From: an uncultured Alphaproteobacteria bacterium
GTDB taxonomy: Bacteria; Pseudomonadota; Alphaproteobacteria; Rhizobiales; Xanthobacteraceae
Direction of reading: 5' to 3'
Length of the DNA stretch: 64,000 nucleotides
Assembly: GCA_963819355.1 (NCBI GenBank)
Contig: CAWFVZ010000002.1
Span: forward strand, 13,771 to 77,770
A program made the translations under genes and the position numbers. Shown one piece after another: positions 60,570 to 64,000 of this stretch (within the stretch, counting starts at the first letter, position 1; each line of letters begins with the position of its first letter). The notes beneath the pieces are model-generated. The model did not search any database and had not been told where the DNA came from. It saw nothing but the letters and a program-made list of their open reading frames with translations.

Positions 60570-62116
60570 GAGCGTCCTCCTGCTTCCAGCAGTGGACTTT
60601 GCGGCACAGCGTGGGTCCTGATCCAGTCGTCCAGGGCGGCAATTTCGTCGGCAGATAGTCGCAGACCGAGCTTGGAGCGGCGCCAGACGATATCCTCGGC
60701 GGTCACCGCCCATTCATTGGCCATCAGGTAGCGAACCTCGCGTTCGCTCAGAGTTGCGCCAAAAGCCTGGCCGAGATCGGTGGTCGATTTTGCGTCACCG
60801 AGCAATTTGATCGCGCGGGTGCCATAGGCGCGCGCGAGGCGCCGCGCATGCTCATGGCTGAGGAAAGGATAGCCGCGCTGGAGCTCGCCGATCAGGCCAT
60901 CGACGGCCGACACATCCATGTCGCCGCCGGGCAGCGGCCATTTGCCGGTCCAGCCTTCGCGCGCTTTCGCACTGCGAAGATAAGGGGCGAGCCGTTCCAG
61001 CGCCTCCTCGGCGAGGCGGCGATAGGTCGTGATCTTGCCGCCATAGATCGACAGCAGCGGCGCCCCGCCGGGCGTGTCGAGCTCGAACACGTAGTCGCGG
61101 GTCGCGGCCTTGGCTTCACTGGCGCCGTCGTCATAAAGCGGCCGCACGCCGGAATAGGTCCAGACCACGTCCTCCGGCGTCACCGGCTTGGCCAGATATT
61201 CGCTCGCAGCAGCGCACAGATATTGGATCTCCTCGGCCGTCGCCTTCACCTTGGAGGGATCGCCGTCATAATCGCGATCGGTGGTTCCGATCAGCGTGAA
61301 ATCGTCCTGGTAGGGGATGACGAAGATGATGCGGCCGTCGGCATTCTGGAACATGTAGGCGCGGTCGTGGTCGTAAAGCTTCCTCACCACGATGTGCGAG
61401 CCCTGCACCAGGCGCACTTTTGCTTTCGCATTGACGCCGGCGCCGCGGCCGAGCACCTCTTCGACCCAAGGGCCGCCGGCATTGACCAGCGCCCGGGCCT
61501 GGATCGACGAGCGCGCGCCCGTCAGCGTGTCGACCATGCTGACGGTCCAGATCCCATCGGACTGGCAGATGTCGGTGGCGCGGGTGCGGGTGCGGATCTC
61601 GGCGCCCTTGTCGGCAGCGTCGCGCGCATTGAGCACGACGAGGCGGGCGTCATCGACGAAGCAGTCGGAATATTCGAACGCGCGGGTATAGCGGTTCGGG
61701 ATCAGCGGACGACCGACCTCGTCGCGTCGAAGATCGACCGAGCGCGTTGCCGGCAGCAATTGGCGGCCGCCGATATGGTCGTAGAGGAACAGGCCGAGGC
61801 GCAGGAGCCAGGCCGGGCGCAGGCCCGCGTGGTGCGGCAAAACGAAACGCAGCGGGCGGATGATGTGGGGCGCGATGCCCCAGAGGATCTCGCGCTCGAT
61901 CAGCGCCTCGCGGACCAGCCGGAACTCGTAATATTCGAGATAGCGCAGGCCGCCGTGCACCAGCTTGGTCGACCAGGACGACGTCCCGCTCGCCAGATCA
62001 TTCATTTCGCACAGGAAAACCGTGTTGCCGCGGCCCACCGCGTCACGCGCGATGCCACAGCCGTTAACACCGCCTCCAATGATGGCGAGGTCGAAAATAC
62101 GCTCCAACAGACGCAT
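60566..62116 (-). CDS. glpD: FAD-dependent glycerol-3-phosphate dehydrogenase
   Basis: IIGGGVNGCG, SGTSSWSTKLVHGGLRYLE, GVRPL, GGKITTYR. Confidence 0.95.
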   Translation of the reverse strand: MRLLERIFDLAIIGGGVNGCGIARDAVGRGNTVFLCEMNDLASGTSSWSTKLVHGGLRYLEYYEFRLVREALIEREILWGIAPHIIRPLRFVLPHHAGLRPAWLLRLGLFLYDHIGGRQLLPATRSVDLRRDEVGRPLIPNRYTRAFEYSDCFVDDARLVVLNARDAADKGAEIRTRTRATDICQSDGIWTVSMVDTLTGARSSIQARALVNAGGPWVEEVLGRGAGVNAKAKVRLVQGSHIVVRKLYDHDRAYMFQNADGRIIFVIPYQDDFTLIGTTDRDYDGDPSKVKATAEEIQYLCAAASEYLAKPVTPEDVVWTYSGVRPLYDDGASEAKAATRDYVFELDTPGGAPLLSIYGGKITTYRRLAEEALERLAPYLRSAKAREGWTGKWPLPGGDMDVSAVDGLIGELQRGYPFLSHEHARRLARAYGTRAIKLLGDAKSTTDLGQAFGATLSEREVRYLMANEWAVTAEDIVWRRSKLGLRLSADEIAALDDWIRTHAVPQSPLLEAGGRS

Positions 62117-62149
62117 CCCCCGGCGACCGCCCGTTCAATCGAGCGGTTA

Positions 62150-62218
62150 CTTTCGTTTTTGATTAGATCACAGCAAAAAACGAAAGCAAGATGAAAGAGA
62201 GGCGAAAGGAAGTGAAAG
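62150..62218. promoter_or_regulatory. putative GlpR operator array
   Basis: CTTTCGTTTTT/AAAAAACGAAAG inverted repeat, plus GAAAG at 62182, 62193, 62204 and 62214. Confidence 0.6.
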
Positions 62219-62306
62219 CGGAACTTTTTCTGCGGGCATGGCGATGAAATAATAGGCACTGCGTCACGCCCCCTCTTTTCGAGAGGGTGACGAGCGAACA
62301 GGGGGT

Positions 62307-62387
62307 CGTCATGCCCGGGCTTGGCCACCCACGTTCTCGGTATCTTGGAGTAAGGCGTGGATGGCCGGGACAAGCCCGGCCATGACG
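62307..62387. repeat. REP-like palindrome (GTCATGGCCGGGCTTGTCCCGG family)
   Basis: CGTCATGCCCGGGCTTG...CAAGCCCGGCCATGACG. Confidence 0.8.
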
Positions 62388-62455
62388 ATGCGGAAGCTTC
62401 AGCGCAGCCCCTCACAGTCGTGCGATCGCCCAGCGTTCAAATGCGAAATGCGGTG

Positions 62456-63304
62456 CTACCGCAGCCGCACCACCGGCGCAGATTCGGCGACCGTATCCTG
62501 CGTATCGGCTTGGGAGTCGTCGATATCCGCCGCCCCCTTCGGCATCGCCGCCATCACCTCGATGCCCTTGCTGTGGCAGATGGTGGCGAGACGCTCAGGC
62601 AGTTCCTGGTCGGTGACGAACGTCTGGATCTGGCTGATATGGGCGATACGCACCGGCGCGCTGCGGCGGAGCTTCGTCGAATCGGCGACCAGCATAACGC
62701 TGCGGGCGTTGGCGATGATGGCTTGCGCCACCTGGACCTCGCGATAGTCGAAGTCGAGCAGCGCGCCCTCCTCGTCGATCGCGGAAGCACCGATGATGGC
62801 ATAGTCGACCTTGAACTGGCCGATCAGCTGCGTCGCGGTCGAGCCGACCACGGCACCGTCGGCGCGCCGCACCGTGCCGCCGGCGACCACCACCTCGATG
62901 CGGGGATGGCGGTAGAGCAGCATCGCAACGTTGAGATTGTTGGTGATGACGAGCAGGTCCTCATGCGAGGTCAGCGCGCTAGCAACCTCCTCCGTCGTGG
63001 TACCGATGTTGATGAACAGCGAGCAGCCGTTCGGAATCAGCGATGCGGCCGCCGCGCCAATGGCCTTCTTCTCGTCGGCGGCAACGAAGCGGCGCGCCTC
63101 ATAGGCGAGGTTTTCGACGCCGGAGGCGATGATGGCGCCGCCATGGATGCGGGTCAGCGAGCGACGCTCGCAGAGGTCGTTGAGATCCTTGCGGATGGTC
63201 TGCGCCGAGACTTCGAACCGGCGCGCGAGCTCCTCGACCATGACGCGGCCCGAGGCGCGCGCGATGTTGAGGATTTCGGCTTGGCGATGGGTCAATCCGG
63301 TCAC
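62456..63304 (-). CDS. glpR: DeoR family glycerol-3-phosphate regulon repressor
   Basis: VSAQTIRKDL, RIHGGA, INIGTTTE, ITNNL. Confidence 0.92.
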   Translation of the reverse strand: MTGLTHRQAEILNIARASGRVMVEELARRFEVSAQTIRKDLNDLCERRSLTRIHGGAIIASGVENLAYEARRFVAADEKKAIGAAAASLIPNGCSLFINIGTTTEEVASALTSHEDLLVITNNLNVAMLLYRHPRIEVVVAGGTVRRADGAVVGSTATQLIGQFKVDYAIIGASAIDEEGALLDFDYREVQVAQAIIANARSVMLVADSTKLRRSAPVRIAHISQIQTFVTDQELPERLATICHSKGIEVMAAMPKGAADIDDSQADTQDTVAESAPVVRLR

Positions 63305-63395
63305 GGCAATGGCCTCAAATCAGAGCAATGCATGGTGCGGCGGTTCGCGCGTCCGGTCAATGCGCAAGCGGAACACGGTTAACGGATGAGGCCCT

Positions 63396-64000
63396 TCACC
63401 ACGCCATGGCGGCGGCGAGGCGCGCGAGCAACTCCGGATCGTCGAACGCGCTTGCGGACGCGGCCGCGCCGGCGCCAACAAGGTCAGCATGGCTGAGGCT
63501 GGTCCGGATGCCGATGGTCGGAATGCCGGCCGCAGCGGCCGATTGCACGCCGGAGCGGGAGTCCTCGAACGCGATCGAGGCTGCCGCGCTGGCGCCGACG
63601 AAGCGCAACCCTTCCTGATAGGGCAGCGGATGCGGCTTGCCGTGCGGCAGCTCGTCGCCGATCACGATCGCCTTGAATCGCTGCGTGATGCCAAGGCCGG
63701 ACAACAGCAGCTCGGCATTGAGACGCGGCGCGTTGGTGACGGCGACCATGGGAATGCCGGCGGCATCCGCCCGGTCGAGCAGCGCCATCAGGCCCGGCAA
63801 CGGCTCGATCTGTCCGGCCACGAGCGTCCGAAAAACCTCCTCCTTCTCGCCGAGGATTGCGGCGCGCCGCTGCAATGTCTCAGCCGCCAAAAAGCGCTCG
63901 CCGATCGACGCATTGGCGAAGCCTTGCAGCTCCCTCGAGAAGCGCGCGTGATCGAAAACATGGCCGCGGGGGCCAAGCACCTGATTGAAGGCCTTCAGGT
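63396..64000 (-). CDS. HAD phosphatase, 5'-truncated by window edge
   Basis: VTNA, GKPHP, FEDSRSG. Confidence 0.88.
   Translation of the reverse strand, partial: LKAFNQVLGPRGHVFDHARFSRELQGFANASIGERFLAAETLQRRAAILGEKEEVFRTLVAGQIEPLPGLMALLDRADAAGIPMVAVTNAPRLNAELLLSGLGITQRFKAIVIGDELPHGKPHPLPYQEGLRFVGASAAASIAFEDSRSGVQSAAAAGIPTIGIRTSLSHADLVGAGAAASASAFDDPELLARLAAAMAW

Noticed and set aside
1-64000. CRISPR array, tRNA, rRNA, integrase or intact IS
   Set aside because: No regularly spaced repeats, cloverleaf, rRNA-like sequence or full-length recombinase was seen by eye. tRNAscan and CRISPR finders were not run.

Overview
A GC-rich alphaproteobacterial chromosome segment, almost certainly Bradyrhizobium: it carries the fused cytochrome b/c1 gene fbcH, fused trpE(G) with a WW leader peptide, and typical REP-like palindromes. 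Most of the window is core genome: apt, trpE(G), fbcFH, trmL-queE-queD-hemF, a cca/Nudix cluster, a MoxR-DUF58-BatA operon, aceA with a divergent ramB, htpX, a lytic transglycosylase, an old yellow enzyme, and the glycerol glpR-glpD-glpSTPQUV cluster. Two accessory patches interrupt it. The first (~12.1-15.2 kb) holds a TetR/SnoaL unit with twin operators plus gene fragments. The second (~45.8-54.36 kb) holds an orphan papain-like ORF and a small-protein/DyP-peroxidase/RoxA-like di-heme cytochrome triad, and ends in a 5' group IIC intron remnant sitting directly behind a terminator. The best candidates for something new are (i) a CxxC/RAPP arrest-peptide uORF whose stop region can pair with the SD of a TonB-dependent receptor, under a Zur-like box, and (ii) the DyP/di-heme triad. 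The assembly looks error-prone: there are at least 8 frameshifts in conserved genes, and several apparent errors fall at GANTC sites. No tRNA, rRNA or CRISPR array was seen. Family assignments come from motif recognition, not database searches.
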